Shown in pieces: positions 29,671-40,138 of a DNA stretch of 53,407 nt; position 1 is the first letter of the stretch, and every line of letters begins with the position of its first letter. A model generated the notes under the pieces. The model did not search any database. It worked only from the letters and a program-made list of their open reading frames with translations, and was not told the DNA's origin. Made by a program: the position numbers and the translations under genes. The stretch is from an uncultured Thermoplasmatales archaeon (GTDB lineage Archaea > Thermoplasmatota > E2 > UBA202 > DSCA01), in the NCBI GenBank assembly GCA_964514975.1, contig CAZESS010000017.1:1-53407 (forward strand), written 5' to 3'.

Positions 29671-29785
29671 CGCCGGCATATCGCCAAAAAATTTAAAAGC
29701 ATTGGGGTGTGGATGTGAGGATTCCCCACGATAACAAAACATTTAACTACCGTCGTATTTAATCCAGATAGATTGGTGAACGACA

Positions 29786-31201
29786 ATGACAGAAGAAGAC
29801 GACCAGGTTTTAGTGAACGTTAAACGGCGTGTCGGCAAAACACCGCTCGTCCGGGCGCGAAACCTGGAAAAAGAGCTCGGCATCCAGCAGATATATCTCA
29901 AGCTCGAGGGCAACAATCCCTCCGGGGAGCGCAGCGACAGACTGGCCTACCTCATCATAAAGGATGCACTTTCCAGGGGCAAGGATACCATCTGCCTGGG
30001 TACCTATGGCACGATGGGCGCCTCGCTGGCGTTTCTCTCACAAAACTTTGACATCAACCTCGTTTTGTATGTGCCCGACAAGAGCACGCTGCTCCGCGCC
30101 GACCTGCTCGAGGAGGCACCGAACATCCGTATCATCGAGCACGGCACGACCTATGAGGACACGGTGGAGAAAAGCCGCGCCGAGGCCGAGGCACATGGCT
30201 GGTACAACGCAAACCCGGGATTGCAGAACAACTTTTTGGACCTCTTCGCATTTTCATATATCGCCCGGGAAATCTGCGAGTATCTCAGCGACACCTGCCC
30301 GGACACGGTGTTCTGCCAGATGGGCAACGGCGCCTCCGTTTCGGGACTGCACCTGGGCTTCAAGCAGATGTGGATGGAGGACAAGGTCCGGCGGCTGCCC
30401 CATCTCTACGGTGTCAGCACCTCTGAGGGCAACGCCATCGTCGAGTCGTTCAAGCAGCGGAACGACGAGATGATGGAGCTCGACGCGGAGGAAATCGCAT
30501 CGAACCGGACCGAGTACAACGCCGACCTTATCAACGCGCGGTGCTACAACGGGCAGGATGCGCTGAACAGCCTCTACGCCACCGATGGCATGGCCATGGG
30601 CATATCCGACGGGGAGCTGCTGGAGAGCGCCGAACGCCTCAAGGCGCTCGAGGACATCGATTTCAAGGTTGCGAACTCGTATCCGCTGGCCGCCTTTTTC
30701 AGGGAGGCCGATGCCGGCCATCTGTCCGATGGAACCCATGTGTTGGTGCTCAACGACGGCAAGGTGGACCTGGACATCCGGGTGCTCGAAAAGGATGACC
30801 TGACCATTTCGTTCCGGCGGTTTTTGATGAAGCTGGATGACTGGTTGATCGAGTTTTCCGACCCGCTCGACGAGATAGAGGAGGCCGTGGACAACGCATT
30901 CAACCATGGCTATGTGCTCGGCGCCTTCTATCAGGGTATGCTCGCCGGTATCGCCATCGTGTCCCGCTCACGCTTCGACACGTTTTTTCCCCGCTATCAT
31001 CTCTCATATATCGCTACCAGGCAGGACACCAAGGGACGGGGTATCGCCACCGAGCTATTACAGCAGGTCATCGATCTCACCAGGGGTGACCTGTCGTTGC
31101 ACGTGGAGACGGACAACGAGCGGGCCATCAAGCTCTACGAAAAAATGGGCCTCCGGAAAAAATATTACCGGATGATGTACCAGGGCGAGGTCATCACGTA
31201 G
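29786..31201 (+). CDS. threonine-synthase-like fold-type II PLP domain fused to a C-terminal GNAT domain
   Basis: GKTPLVRA, YLKLEGNNPSG, MGNGAS; GNAT motif KGRGIATELL, LHV..N..AIKLYEKMG. Confidence 0.85.
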   Translation: MTEEDDQVLVNVKRRVGKTPLVRARNLEKELGIQQIYLKLEGNNPSGERSDRLAYLIIKDALSRGKDTICLGTYGTMGASLAFLSQNFDINLVLYVPDKSTLLRADLLEEAPNIRIIEHGTTYEDTVEKSRAEAEAHGWYNANPGLQNNFLDLFAFSYIAREICEYLSDTCPDTVFCQMGNGASVSGLHLGFKQMWMEDKVRRLPHLYGVSTSEGNAIVESFKQRNDEMMELDAEEIASNRTEYNADLINARCYNGQDALNSLYATDGMAMGISDGELLESAERLKALEDIDFKVANSYPLAAFFREADAGHLSDGTHVLVLNDGKVDLDIRVLEKDDLTISFRRFLMKLDDWLIEFSDPLDEIEEAVDNAFNHGYVLGAFYQGMLAGIAIVSRSRFDTFFPRYHLSYIATRQDTKGRGIATELLQQVIDLTRGDLSLHVETDNERAIKLYEKMGLRKKYYRMMYQGEVIT

Positions 31202-31214
31202 CCATGGTGCGTGC

Positions 31215-32015
31215 ATGATACCATCCGTTCTGGTCGCCGGGCTGCGCGAGGACGCCGGCAAAACCAGCGTGGCCTGCGCCATCCTGATGTTTCTCCAGAG
31301 GCAGGGCATTGGGGCATGTGGCTTCAAGCCGATGGCCGGTAACTCGTTCTGGTACGATCACGGGCTGGTCAGGGAGACGCTGGAGGCGGGACGGCTCTAT
31401 GGCCATGACGCGATGATGCTCCGCCGTTTTTCGTCGGGGTCGTTGCCGGAGGAGGCCATCAACCCGGTGCACCGGCTCTGGCCCGAGCGGGCACGCATAT
31501 CCCGGTCGGGGGGTGTGCCATCGTTCATCGCCGACCGTGTGACGCTGCCCGAGGGGGAGATGCTGGTGATAAATGGCACGCTGTCCGGCGTCGACGACGC
31601 CGTTGGCATGGTTTGCCAGAGCAGCCGGGCATCCATCCGGCGGAAGATAATGTCGCTTGAGGACTACAACCGGCTTATGCAACAGGAATATGGCATCGCG
31701 GTCGCCGCCGCAACCGAACGGGTCGGTCAGGCAGCCGGGTACATGGTCTGTGAGAGCTATGCAACGGTCGCGCTGCCATGGCAGCATCTGGAGCCCGACG
31801 TGGCTCTCGTGGTCGAGCCCGGCCGGGTGTCCGCATATGCCGGCGATGCCTTTCTGGATGCCGCGTCGCTCATCCAGTTCCGGGAGGCGCCGACGGAGCG
31901 GGTCGTCGAGTTCCTGCAGCCCCTTGGCAGGGCAGCGCTGCCGCCGGCTGCTGGCGACGTCGTGGAGACGCTGGCCGGGCTGTCCTGCTGGCATGGAATG
32001 CTTCCCGGGCTATAA
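31215..32015 (+). CDS. archaeal P-loop NTPase (dethiobiotin-synthase-like, COG4028-like)
   Basis: LVAGLREDAGKT, GFKPMAGNSFW, GRLYGHDA, INPVHRL. Confidence 0.75.
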   Translation: MIPSVLVAGLREDAGKTSVACAILMFLQRQGIGACGFKPMAGNSFWYDHGLVRETLEAGRLYGHDAMMLRRFSSGSLPEEAINPVHRLWPERARISRSGGVPSFIADRVTLPEGEMLVINGTLSGVDDAVGMVCQSSRASIRRKIMSLEDYNRLMQQEYGIAVAAATERVGQAAGYMVCESYATVALPWQHLEPDVALVVEPGRVSAYAGDAFLDAASLIQFREAPTERVVEFLQPLGRAALPPAAGDVVETLAGLSCWHGMLPGL

Positions 32016-32052
32016 TCGCATTGCTTATATAGCCCGTCCTGTATCGAACGTG

Positions 32053-32364
32053 ATGGGACCGCGCAGACACCGACGGGGTCGGCGGCGCTGCCGCCGGCGG
32101 GTAACCGGGTCGCCCTCCGCATCGCTTTTCGTGCCCCGCGGCGGTGCCGCTGACGAGCCCGTGCACCTGTATATCGAGGAGTTCGAGGCGCTCCGCCTCG
32201 TCGACCTGGAGGGGCTGACGCAGACCGATGCAGCGACGGAGATGGGTATCTCGCAGAAGACGCTGTGGAAGGACCTCCGGGATGCCCGGGTCAAGATCGC
32301 GGAGGCGATTGTCAACGGACGGCCCATCGAGATCGAGCAGGGTTACGAGGAAAACGGCGATTAG
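32053..32364 (+). CDS. DUF134 (UPF0251) HTH protein
   Basis: EEFEALRLVDLEGLTQTDAATEMGISQKT...ARVKIAEAIVNG. Confidence 0.9.
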   Translation: MGPRRHRRGRRRCRRRVTGSPSASLFVPRGGAADEPVHLYIEEFEALRLVDLEGLTQTDAATEMGISQKTLWKDLRDARVKIAEAIVNGRPIEIEQGYEENGD

Positions 32365-32550
32365 TGCGGGATATACGGCGCAGGTATGTGTTTCAGGTTG
32401 CTGCAGTGCAGAACGTTCTTGCTTGGCGGTGTGGCCCGTGCGGAGATGCTGGATGCCGGACGACCGGCGATAGATAGTTTTATAGGGCAGGTGTCGTTCT
32501 ATGATTTTAATGCAACGTTTTGATGATGCCCCATCCAGGATGAGGCAGCA

Positions 32551-32948
32551 ATGATGTGTATCGCCTGCATTGGCATGCTTCTCGGCACCTCGATGGCATC
32601 GGTCGCCGGGGTCTCGGTGACGCTGCTGCCCCGGCCAGACAGGATTGTTGTAGGTTGCAGCCGCGGACGTATCACGACGCCACACTGTGCATGCTCTCAA
32701 ACATATACTACGTGAAAGACGTTGACGATGATGCGATACATCTAAGCTATCAGCTGCCGTTTCTTCCCGGGATTTTTTATGTGGAGGACGAGCACGGGAT
32801 GCAGGAGTTTACGCTGTATGGCGGATGGGGCGGCACGCGGGTTGAGATACACGGCTTCGAGGGATGCTTCGACGGCGAGGGACTGTACACGGTGCTGATG
32901 GGCACCTGCACCACGATTTCTATCATACCGGTTAGACATAGTGCATGA
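32551..32948 (+). pseudogene. probable frameshifted secreted hypothetical protein
   Basis: signal-peptide-like N-terminus (MMCIACIGMLLGTSMASVAG) in one frame; protein-like C-terminal half in another; switch near 32650-32660. Confidence 0.5.
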
Positions 32949-33078
32949 ATACCTCGTTACATCCGGTATACGTCTCCAGAACCAGCACAATGGCAATTTT
33001 TATATAGAACCTTAAATATATGACACCGTGGCAGCAATAGGTTAATATAACTGCCAATCTTAATGGGAAAGAATCACA

Positions 33079-35283
33079 ATGGCACAGGAAGTCATGTTAC
33101 GCGTATCGGAAGCGCTCTCGCAGGATGTCGGCTCCGGCCGCGCTCGCCTCGACGGCAAAACCCGTATCTCGCTGGATGTTACCCCCGGCGACATCGTCGA
33201 GATAAAGGGAAACAGCACGACGGCCGCCGTGGTATGGCGCGCCCGTCCCATCGACGAGGGTAAGAGCCTCATCCGCATCGACAATCTTACACGGAAAAAC
33301 GCCGACGTCGGCATGGGCGACAAGGTCGTCGTCCGCAAGATAGAGCCGACGACCGCCGACAAGGTGGTCATGGCCCCGGCGATATCCAAGGGGCAAAAGA
33401 TACAGTTCGGCCAGGGCATCGAGCACCTGGTGAAGCGCGGCCTGCTCAAGCGGCCGGTGAGCCAGGGCGACACCGTCGTCATCCCGGGCATCGCGCTGTT
33501 CGGCAACTCGCTGCCGTTCGGCGTCATCAAGACGTCGCCCAAGGACGTCGTGGCCATCGGCGAGAAAACCGAGGTCGAGGTCCGCGAGGAGCCCATCAAG
33601 GAGGGCATGCTCGAGGCACCCGAGGTCAGCTATGAGGACATCGGCGGGCTCGAAAACGAGATCATGAAGATCCGGGAGATGATAGAGCTCCCTCTCAAGC
33701 ATCCCGAGCTGTTCAAGCGGCTGGGTATCGATCCGCCGAAGGGCGTCCTGCTGCACGGTCCGCCTGGAACGGGCAAAACGCTGATCGCCAAGGCGGTCGC
33801 CAACGAGTCGGGCGCCAACTTTTTCACCATCAACGGCCCCGAGATCATGTCAAAGTTTTACGGCCAGAGCGAGGAAAACCTCCGCAAGACGTTCGAGGAG
33901 GCCGAGAAAAACGCGCCGGCTATCGTGTTCATCGACGAAATCGACGCCATCGCCTCCAAGCGGGAGGAGGTCCACGGGGAGGTGGAACGCCGCGTTGTCT
34001 CCCAGATGCTTACGCTGATGGACGGACTGAAGGGGCGCGGCAACATCATCGTCATCGGTGCCACAAACCGTGTTGACTCGCTCGACCCTGCCATCCGCCG
34101 CCCCGGCCGCTTCGACCGCGAAATCGTCATCGACGTGCCCGACCGGCAGGGACGTGAGGAGATACTTGAGATACACACGCGGGGGATGCCCAAGGCTGAC
34201 GATGTCGACCTGGACCAGCTGGCCGACAACACCTACGGATTCGTCGGCGCTGACATGGCGTCGCTGGCCAGGGAGGCCGCCATGAACGCGCTCCGCCGTT
34301 ATCTGCCGGAAATCGACCTCGACGAGCCCATCCAGACGGAGGTGCTCGAGAAGATGCAGGTGATGATGAAGGACTTCCGGGAGGCGCATCGCTCCATCGA
34401 GCCGTCGGCGCTCCGTGAGGTCATGATCGAGATACCCAAGGTCGGCTGGGTCGACGTCGGCGGTCTCGACGAGGTCAAGGAACGGTTGAAGGAGGCCGTT
34501 GAATGGCCGCTGTCCAACCCCGAGCGGTTCAGCCGGCTGGGTATCAATGCGCCGCGCGGCATCCTGCTCTATGGCCCGCCGGGTACGGGGAAGACGTTGC
34601 TGGCGAAGGCGGTCGCCAACGAGTCCAATGCCAACTTTTTGTCCATCAAGGGGCCCGAGGTCTTTTCGAAATGGGTCGGTGAAAGCGAGAAAGCCGTCCG
34701 TGAGCTGTTCAAAAAGGCGAAGCAGTCAGCACCGTCGATTATCTTTCTCGACGAGATCGATGCGCTGGCACCGCGCCGCGGCTCCCATGAAGGCTCACGG
34801 GTGACCGACACCGTGGTCAACCAGTTGCTCACCTCGATGGACGGCGTTGAAAGCATGGACGACGTCGTGGTCATCGGCGCCACGAATAGGCCCGACATCG
34901 TCGACCCCTCGTTTTTGCGTCCGGGCCGCTTCGATGAGCTCATCCATGTCCAGCAGCCCGACCAGAAGGCCCGGGAGGAAATCTTCCACATCCACACGCG
35001 GGACATGCCGCTCGATGACGACGTCAACATTGTCGCCCTGGCGGAGATGAGCGAGGGCTTCGCCGGCGCCGACGTCCAGTCGGTCTGCCGCGAGGCAGCC
35101 ATGGTCGCGCTGCGCGAGGATAGCGAGGCAACCCAGGTCGCCAACAAGCATTTCATGGAGGCCTTCGAGCACGTCCGCCCGTCGCTTGACGAGGAAATGA
35201 TCCAGTACTACAAGCAGATATCCGACAAGCTCGGCAAGGGCGTCGCCAAGCAGGAGATGGCCAAGGGCATGGAAGTCATGTAA
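33079..35283 (+). CDS. cdc48: CDC48/VAT family AAA+ ATPase
   Basis: N-domain, two AAA modules ([20 protein letters not shown]). Confidence 0.98.
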   Translation: MAQEVMLRVSEALSQDVGSGRARLDGKTRISLDVTPGDIVEIKGNSTTAAVVWRARPIDEGKSLIRIDNLTRKNADVGMGDKVVVRKIEPTTADKVVMAPAISKGQKIQFGQGIEHLVKRGLLKRPVSQGDTVVIPGIALFGNSLPFGVIKTSPKDVVAIGEKTEVEVREEPIKEGMLEAPEVSYEDIGGLENEIMKIREMIELPLKHPELFKRLGIDPPKGVLLHGPPGTGKTLIAKAVANESGANFFTINGPEIMSKFYGQSEENLRKTFEEAEKNAPAIVFIDEIDAIASKREEVHGEVERRVVSQMLTLMDGLKGRGNIIVIGATNRVDSLDPAIRRPGRFDREIVIDVPDRQGREEILEIHTRGMPKADDVDLDQLADNTYGFVGADMASLAREAAMNALRRYLPEIDLDEPIQTEVLEKMQVMMKDFREAHRSIEPSALREVMIEIPKVGWVDVGGLDEVKERLKEAVEWPLSNPERFSRLGINAPRGILLYGPPGTGKTLLAKAVANESNANFLSIKGPEVFSKWVGESEKAVRELFKKAKQSAPSIIFLDEIDALAPRRGSHEGSRVTDTVVNQLLTSMDGVESMDDVVVIGATNRPDIVDPSFLRPGRFDELIHVQQPDQKAREEIFHIHTRDMPLDDDVNIVALAEMSEGFAGADVQSVCREAAMVALREDSEATQVANKHFMEAFEHVRPSLDEEMIQYYKQISDKLGKGVAKQEMAKGMEVM

Positions 35284-35376
35284 CCCCCGGGCAATGGCTC
35301 GGACAGCGACAACAAGATGGCAGCTCGACGGAGTTCCACCGGCATGTTTTTTATACCGGGCCCGGATAGCACGGAC

Positions 35377-35490
35377 ATGCCCGTGTGCGATTACTGCGAC
35401 CAGGAGATAACAGGGGATGCGGTGCAGCGTGGTGGCAAACACTGGCACCGTGACTGTTTCCGGAAAATGGTCCGCGAGGAGGGCTGCTGA
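35377..35490 (+). CDS. 37-aa LIM-like zinc-finger microprotein (not in ORF track)
   Basis: MPVCDYCDQEITGDAVQRGGKHWHRDCFRKMVREEGC*; TTTTTTATA at 35347-35355. Confidence 0.75.
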   Translation: MPVCDYCDQEITGDAVQRGGKHWHRDCFRKMVREEGC

Positions 35491-35529
35491 CCGGCAGAAG
35501 CTATTTGTAGCCCGACATCTGTTCCATCC

Positions 35530-36033
35530 ATGATATCTGACATGCCCGACCGGGCGGCCGAGCTGGCCAGGGAATACGAACATGAAATCGGCAGCTGCCC
35601 CCAGTGCGTCCTGGCCGCTCTGCATGAAACCCTCGGTGTTGCCAGCCCCGGGGTCATCCAGGCAAGCGACGGGCTCGCCGGCGGAGGGGCGCTTTCCACG
35701 GCTGGCACCTGCGGCGCGCTCGTCGGCGGACTGCTCGCCATCGGCAGCGTCCTCGGCAGAAGCTATGAGGACTTCAAAGCTGGCAAGGGGGAGCGGCGGG
35801 TGTTCGTCCACGGGCAGCGACTCCACCGCCGCTTCACAAAAAAATATGGGTCATCGGTCTGCTGCAGCGTGCAGGAGCAGGTGTTCGGGCGGACATATGA
35901 CCTGCTCGACGCGGAGGAGGCTGCCGCCTTCGCCGAGGACGCCACCCGGGATACCTGTCCGGGGGTCGCGGCCGACGTCGCCCGGTGGACCGCGGACATC
36001 ATCCTTGGGTTGCGCGACAGGAAAAAAGCCTAG
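35530..36033 (+). CDS. C-GCAxxG-C-C family putative redox protein
   Basis: CPQCV, GTCGALVGG, GSSVC, C-terminal Cys. Confidence 0.9.
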   Translation: MISDMPDRAAELAREYEHEIGSCPQCVLAALHETLGVASPGVIQASDGLAGGGALSTAGTCGALVGGLLAIGSVLGRSYEDFKAGKGERRVFVHGQRLHRRFTKKYGSSVCCSVQEQVFGRTYDLLDAEEAAAFAEDATRDTCPGVAADVARWTADIILGLRDRKKA

Positions 36034-36416
36034 CGGATGTCGGCGAGCAGCCGCTTGACGTGCCGCTGGATGTCATCTCTGACCCTGCGGTATACCTCGA
36101 CTGGTTTATCCCGCGGGTCGGTGATGTCCCAGGCAAGGGTTTTCTCCCGCGGTGTTACAGGGCAGCCGTCGGTGCAGCCCATGGTTACGATGACATCATA
36201 CCCGTCGTTCATCTCCATCGTCAATGGTTTTGGATGCTGCCCTGAAATGTCAACACCGACCTCGGCCATGACCCGCACCGCCATCTCATCCACAGCCTCG
36301 GCCGGCCGCGTTCCCGCGCTTTCCGCTTTTATATGGGATGCCAGCGCGGCGCAGAAGCCCTGTGCCATCTGGCTCCGGCAGGCGTTTTCCACGCAGACGA
36401 ACAATATCTTTTTCAT
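36030..36416 (-). CDS. arsC: arsenate reductase (thioredoxin-dependent, LMW-PTP fold)
   Basis: CVENACRSQMA, SAGT, MGCTDGCP, WDITDP. Confidence 0.93.
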   Translation of the reverse strand: MKKILFVCVENACRSQMAQGFCAALASHIKAESAGTRPAEAVDEMAVRVMAEVGVDISGQHPKPLTMEMNDGYDVIVTMGCTDGCPVTPREKTLAWDITDPRDKPVEVYRRVRDDIQRHVKRLLADIR

Positions 36417-37456
36417 GTATACCCTCCAAAATTGTCCCGGGTTCGATTGGCCAGAGCGACCAGGCTCAGCATGACGGGAACCTCAACGAGCACGCCGACG
36501 ACGGTTGCCAGTGCCGCTCCGGAGCCCAGCCCGTACACCGAGATGGCGACCGCGACGGCCAGCTCGAAAAAGTTGCTGGCGCCAATCATGCCCGCCGGGG
36601 CGGCAATGCTGTGGGGCAGTTTCCAGAGATACCCCCATCCGTAGGCAATGGCAAAGATGAGGTAGGTCTGGATGACCAGAGGAACGGCAATCAGGGCGAT
36701 GTGCAGCGGGTTGTCAAGGATTTTGTTGCCCTGGAATGAGAACAGGATGACCAGGGTGAGCAGCAGCCCGATGATGGTGACCGTGTGCATCCGGCGGAGA
36801 AACACGCGGTTCAGCCATGCCTTTCCTTTGCGTTTCAATGCCCACCGCCTGGTCAGATAGCCAAACATGAGCGGGATGACCACGAACAATACCACGGACA
36901 GCACCAGCGTGTCATAGGGCACCGTCAGCCCGCTGATACCCAGCAGAAACGACACGATGGGAACGTATGCGACAAGGACTATGAGATCGTTGCTGGCAAC
37001 CTGCACCAGCGTGTAGCCCGCATCACCGTGGCTCAGGTAGCTCCACACGAACACCATCGCCGTGCAGGGAGCAGCTCCCAAGAATACAGCTCCGGCGATG
37101 TACTGGTCCTGCAGCGCCGGGCTGATATAGTCGGCGAACACATACGTGAAAAACAGCACTGCGAAGAGATACATGGTAAACGGCTTTATCAGCCAGTTGG
37201 CGACCCAGGTGACCAGCAGCCCCCGCGGCTTCCTCGTGACATCCACGACGCTCGAAAAATCAACCCGGACCATCATCGGATAAATCATGAGCCAGATGAG
37301 CACGGCGACGGGCAGCGACACCCGTGCATACTGCAGGCTGTCCAGCATGTCGGGAAACCAGGGAAACATCGTCCCGACGGCGACACCGACAACGATGCAG
37401 ACCGCGACCCACAGGCTCAGATACCGCTCGAAAAACCCGAGTTTTCCTTCCGGCAT
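36413..37456 (-). CDS. acr3: ACR3 family arsenite efflux transporter
   Basis: FFERYLSLWV, MIYPMM, NWLIKPF, APCTAMVFVW, SNFFELAVAVA, VEVPVML. Confidence 0.96.
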   Translation of the reverse strand: MPEGKLGFFERYLSLWVAVCIVVGVAVGTMFPWFPDMLDSLQYARVSLPVAVLIWLMIYPMMVRVDFSSVVDVTRKPRGLLVTWVANWLIKPFTMYLFAVLFFTYVFADYISPALQDQYIAGAVFLGAAPCTAMVFVWSYLSHGDAGYTLVQVASNDLIVLVAYVPIVSFLLGISGLTVPYDTLVLSVVLFVVIPLMFGYLTRRWALKRKGKAWLNRVFLRRMHTVTIIGLLLTLVILFSFQGNKILDNPLHIALIAVPLVIQTYLIFAIAYGWGYLWKLPHSIAAPAGMIGASNFFELAVAVAISVYGLGSGAALATVVGVLVEVPVMLSLVALANRTRDNFGGYT

Positions 37457-37474
37457 ATCCTCAGCTCTCCTTGC

Positions 37475-38803
37475 TTACCATAATAATATCCCAAAGTAGC
37501 GGAGCATTAACACCACGGCGATGACCAGGATGGCGACGGCGAATATCTTCTGGATGTAGCGGCCGGCGGTGACGTAGGCATTCCCGACTTTGGCGCGCAT
37601 TCCCCGGGTGAGCGTGGTGAGCGGGATAACGGGTACGCCGTGTCCGAGGCCGAACACGAAGAGCAGGAGGCCGCCCATCAGCAGCGACGTCTTCTGGGCG
37701 AGCACCAGGATGAACACGGGCATGACCAGGGAGATAGCGCAGGGGGCCCAGCCAACGGCGAACAGGATACCCAGGAAGAAGGCGCCGAGCAGCAGCGATT
37801 TTTTGCTTATGGATTCAAAGAGCTTTCCTCCTTTCTCCATCAGGTTTCCTCCGCCGCTGCTTTTTTTCATGAGCGGCGCCACCAGTTCCTTCAGCGGAAA
37901 CACAATGTTGACACCAAGAACGAAAAGTATGGCCCCGGCTATGAGGTAGAACAGGGAGGACATCTCCACGAAAAACCCGGCATACGAAATCAGCAGCCCG
38001 ATGAAAAAGAACACGGTGGCCATTCCCAGCGTAAAGACAACGCCCATGCCGAATCCCCGGATGCTCTCCTTTCTGGTGCCCGTGCCGCCCGCGGTGGCTC
38101 CCACGTAGGATATCATAGAGATGAGCAAAGCAATAGAGCACGGAGAAAGCGCGGTGAGAATGCCCAGCCCGAACATGCCGAGGAAGGTAATGTCGCGGCT
38201 GCTCGTCTCCCCCTTGAACGCCGTCCAGTTTCCCTGCAGTATCTGCTCAGCATCATCAGCCAGCGACGCCGCCGACTGTACGCCGTCAAGTTTTCCCGCA
38301 CCCATCCGGTAGACATGGTAGACGCCCATGACGTCCAGCGAGGGACCTATCAAAACAAGGGTGGGATTGGCGAAGGCTCCGTCCACGGTCCAGTATTCCC
38401 GGTAGTCGTCGGCCACCTGATAGGGGGCTTCCTCCTCTATCCAGTACCAGCTCACGTTTACGTTGTACCAGCGCTCAGCCAGCGTCTTGCCGTCGTCGGA
38501 GGAGGGGTTTTTGCGGAGGTTGAGCGTCACAATGGAGAGATTCCTGTGGTTCATTGCTGTCAGGTCGGCGAGCGCCTCTATCTGCCCGCGGAGCTCTTTT
38601 TCGCATTCGATACAGATGGGGCTCTCAAAGTTCTGGATGTGCAGGATGGTCACGTTGCCCCGGCTTTCGTTCAGCGAGAACGTCCGTCCGTCCACGGTCT
38701 CGGCGGTGAAGTCAGGAGCCGGGGAGAACTCTGCTCCGTGGGAAAGCCCGGGCAGGGCCACGAGAGCGAATATGGCGACCAGAAAAAGCATCTTTGTGTT
38801 CAT
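37475..38803 (-). CDS. extracytoplasmic redoxin domain fused to CcdA/DsbD transmembrane domain
   Basis: signal peptide, APDFT, CIEC; TM domain with SPC and WAPC. Confidence 0.88.
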   Translation of the reverse strand: MNTKMLFLVAIFALVALPGLSHGAEFSPAPDFTAETVDGRTFSLNESRGNVTILHIQNFESPICIECEKELRGQIEALADLTAMNHRNLSIVTLNLRKNPSSDDGKTLAERWYNVNVSWYWIEEEAPYQVADDYREYWTVDGAFANPTLVLIGPSLDVMGVYHVYRMGAGKLDGVQSAASLADDAEQILQGNWTAFKGETSSRDITFLGMFGLGILTALSPCSIALLISMISYVGATAGGTGTRKESIRGFGMGVVFTLGMATVFFFIGLLISYAGFFVEMSSLFYLIAGAILFVLGVNIVFPLKELVAPLMKKSSGGGNLMEKGGKLFESISKKSLLLGAFFLGILFAVGWAPCAISLVMPVFILVLAQKTSLLMGGLLLFVFGLGHGVPVIPLTTLTRGMRAKVGNAYVTAGRYIQKIFAVAILVIAVVLMLRYFGILLW

Positions 38804-38807
38804 GTCG

Positions 38808-39353
38808 TTATCCCTCGTAGTATGCTATCGCATCCTCGATGTAGGTGCGAAGCCAGTCTTTGCCGGTGGTGCTTACCTTGCTGTGCCATATAGTCCTGGT
38901 TTCCCCCTGGACTGTTGTCTGGGAGATGAGGACGGTGAGCGGGATGTACCACTGTCCGCCCCGGGGATAGTAGACGTTGTAGACGTCCATTGCCCGGGGG
39001 TCGCTGCCGTCGGTCAGAAGATCCACGTATTCTATCTGGTTCTGGTAGTCGGGGAGCACCGCCTCTAGGTCCGACTGCTGCACGATGCAGGGCTGGCAGT
39101 CGGTGCTATGCGCCAGGATGAGCAGGGGTCCATCCTCCAGCTTGTTGCGTACCCACTGGGGATGAGACACGTTCTGCCCGCTTTTGGGATGCTCTGCAGG
39201 ATAGACCGTCCAGAACTCGTCGCTGCCGCTGCCGATGGAATGCGTTATCGTGTAATCGGACGAGCCGGACCCGTTGTCCTCCAGGCATCCGCCCAGCAGC
39301 GAGGTCATGAAAACTATCGCCATGAGGATGGCCGTCCGGTGCTTCAGTTTCAT
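38808..39353 (-). CDS. thioredoxin-like lipoprotein
   Basis: lipobox LGGC, CQPC, YIP cis-Pro loop. Confidence 0.8.
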   Translation of the reverse strand: MKLKHRTAILMAIVFMTSLLGGCLEDNGSGSSDYTITHSIGSGSDEFWTVYPAEHPKSGQNVSHPQWVRNKLEDGPLLILAHSTDCQPCIVQQSDLEAVLPDYQNQIEYVDLLTDGSDPRAMDVYNVYYPRGGQWYIPLTVLISQTTVQGETRTIWHSKVSTTGKDWLRTYIEDAIAYYEG

Positions 39354-39757
39354 ATTCTCTCCTCCATCTTTTTTGCATGCCCGTCCAATGTGGTGAAGAC
39401 CGCCTCCCGGAGGATCTCCTCGGGGATCTCCTCGTAGGTCTTTCCGTCACGGTGTATCGTTCTGCAGCAGGCCTCCCGGCCGGTCAGGCAGGAGCACGAC
39501 GAGCAATAGTTTTCACCGGCTTCGGCACCGGCAAGGATATCCTCCAGCGGCCGGCCATTTATGAGAACCAGGTTGGACTGCGGGAGCTTTTCCTCCGGCA
39601 GCGTCGTCTCGGTGAACGACAGCTCGACATCCCGGGATTCCAGCTCCTCTTTAAGCTTCCCGATGACCTGCCACAGGCTTTTGCCCGTCCGGGAGCACCG
39701 GAGGCAGGTGCCGCCATCCATTTCGAGGTGCCGCCATTCTATCTCCAGCGTCTTCAT
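39350..39757 (-). CDS. DUF2703 domain protein
   Basis: LEIEWRHL..GGTCLRC..TG, SN..LINGRPLE, CSSC, CCRT, YEEIP. Confidence 0.85.
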   Translation of the reverse strand: MKTLEIEWRHLEMDGGTCLRCSRTGKSLWQVIGKLKEELESRDVELSFTETTLPEEKLPQSNLVLINGRPLEDILAGAEAGENYCSSCSCLTGREACCRTIHRDGKTYEEIPEEILREAVFTTLDGHAKKMEERI

Positions 39758-40138
39758 GTTTTCTCTACTCCGGGCAGCATCGGACATTGTTTTTCATCAA
39801 ACCGTATATTTCTATCCCTTTCGCTAATATTACTGGTCATAGTTTTCCTTCTGCGCATGATGTATCCTTTTCCTTGCTTCATTGCATTTGTTACTATTGT
39901 AGGTAGCAGAAAATTCTTCAGAGCGCTCGTAACCGGTGTTGTGTTAGGCGGTCCCATGGTGGCACCTATTTTAATATTATTTGGAATGAATAGAGTTGTG
40001 GTATTTAACAATTGTTGTATGCATGCTAGCGTTGAACAAGGTTGCTTTGGCCAGACTGCGAAACAGAGCGCCTTCTCTTGCCGGGATTTTTACAACCCAA
40101 TTATGCGAGACAACCAGACGTACCACGCGCCTGCGGTT

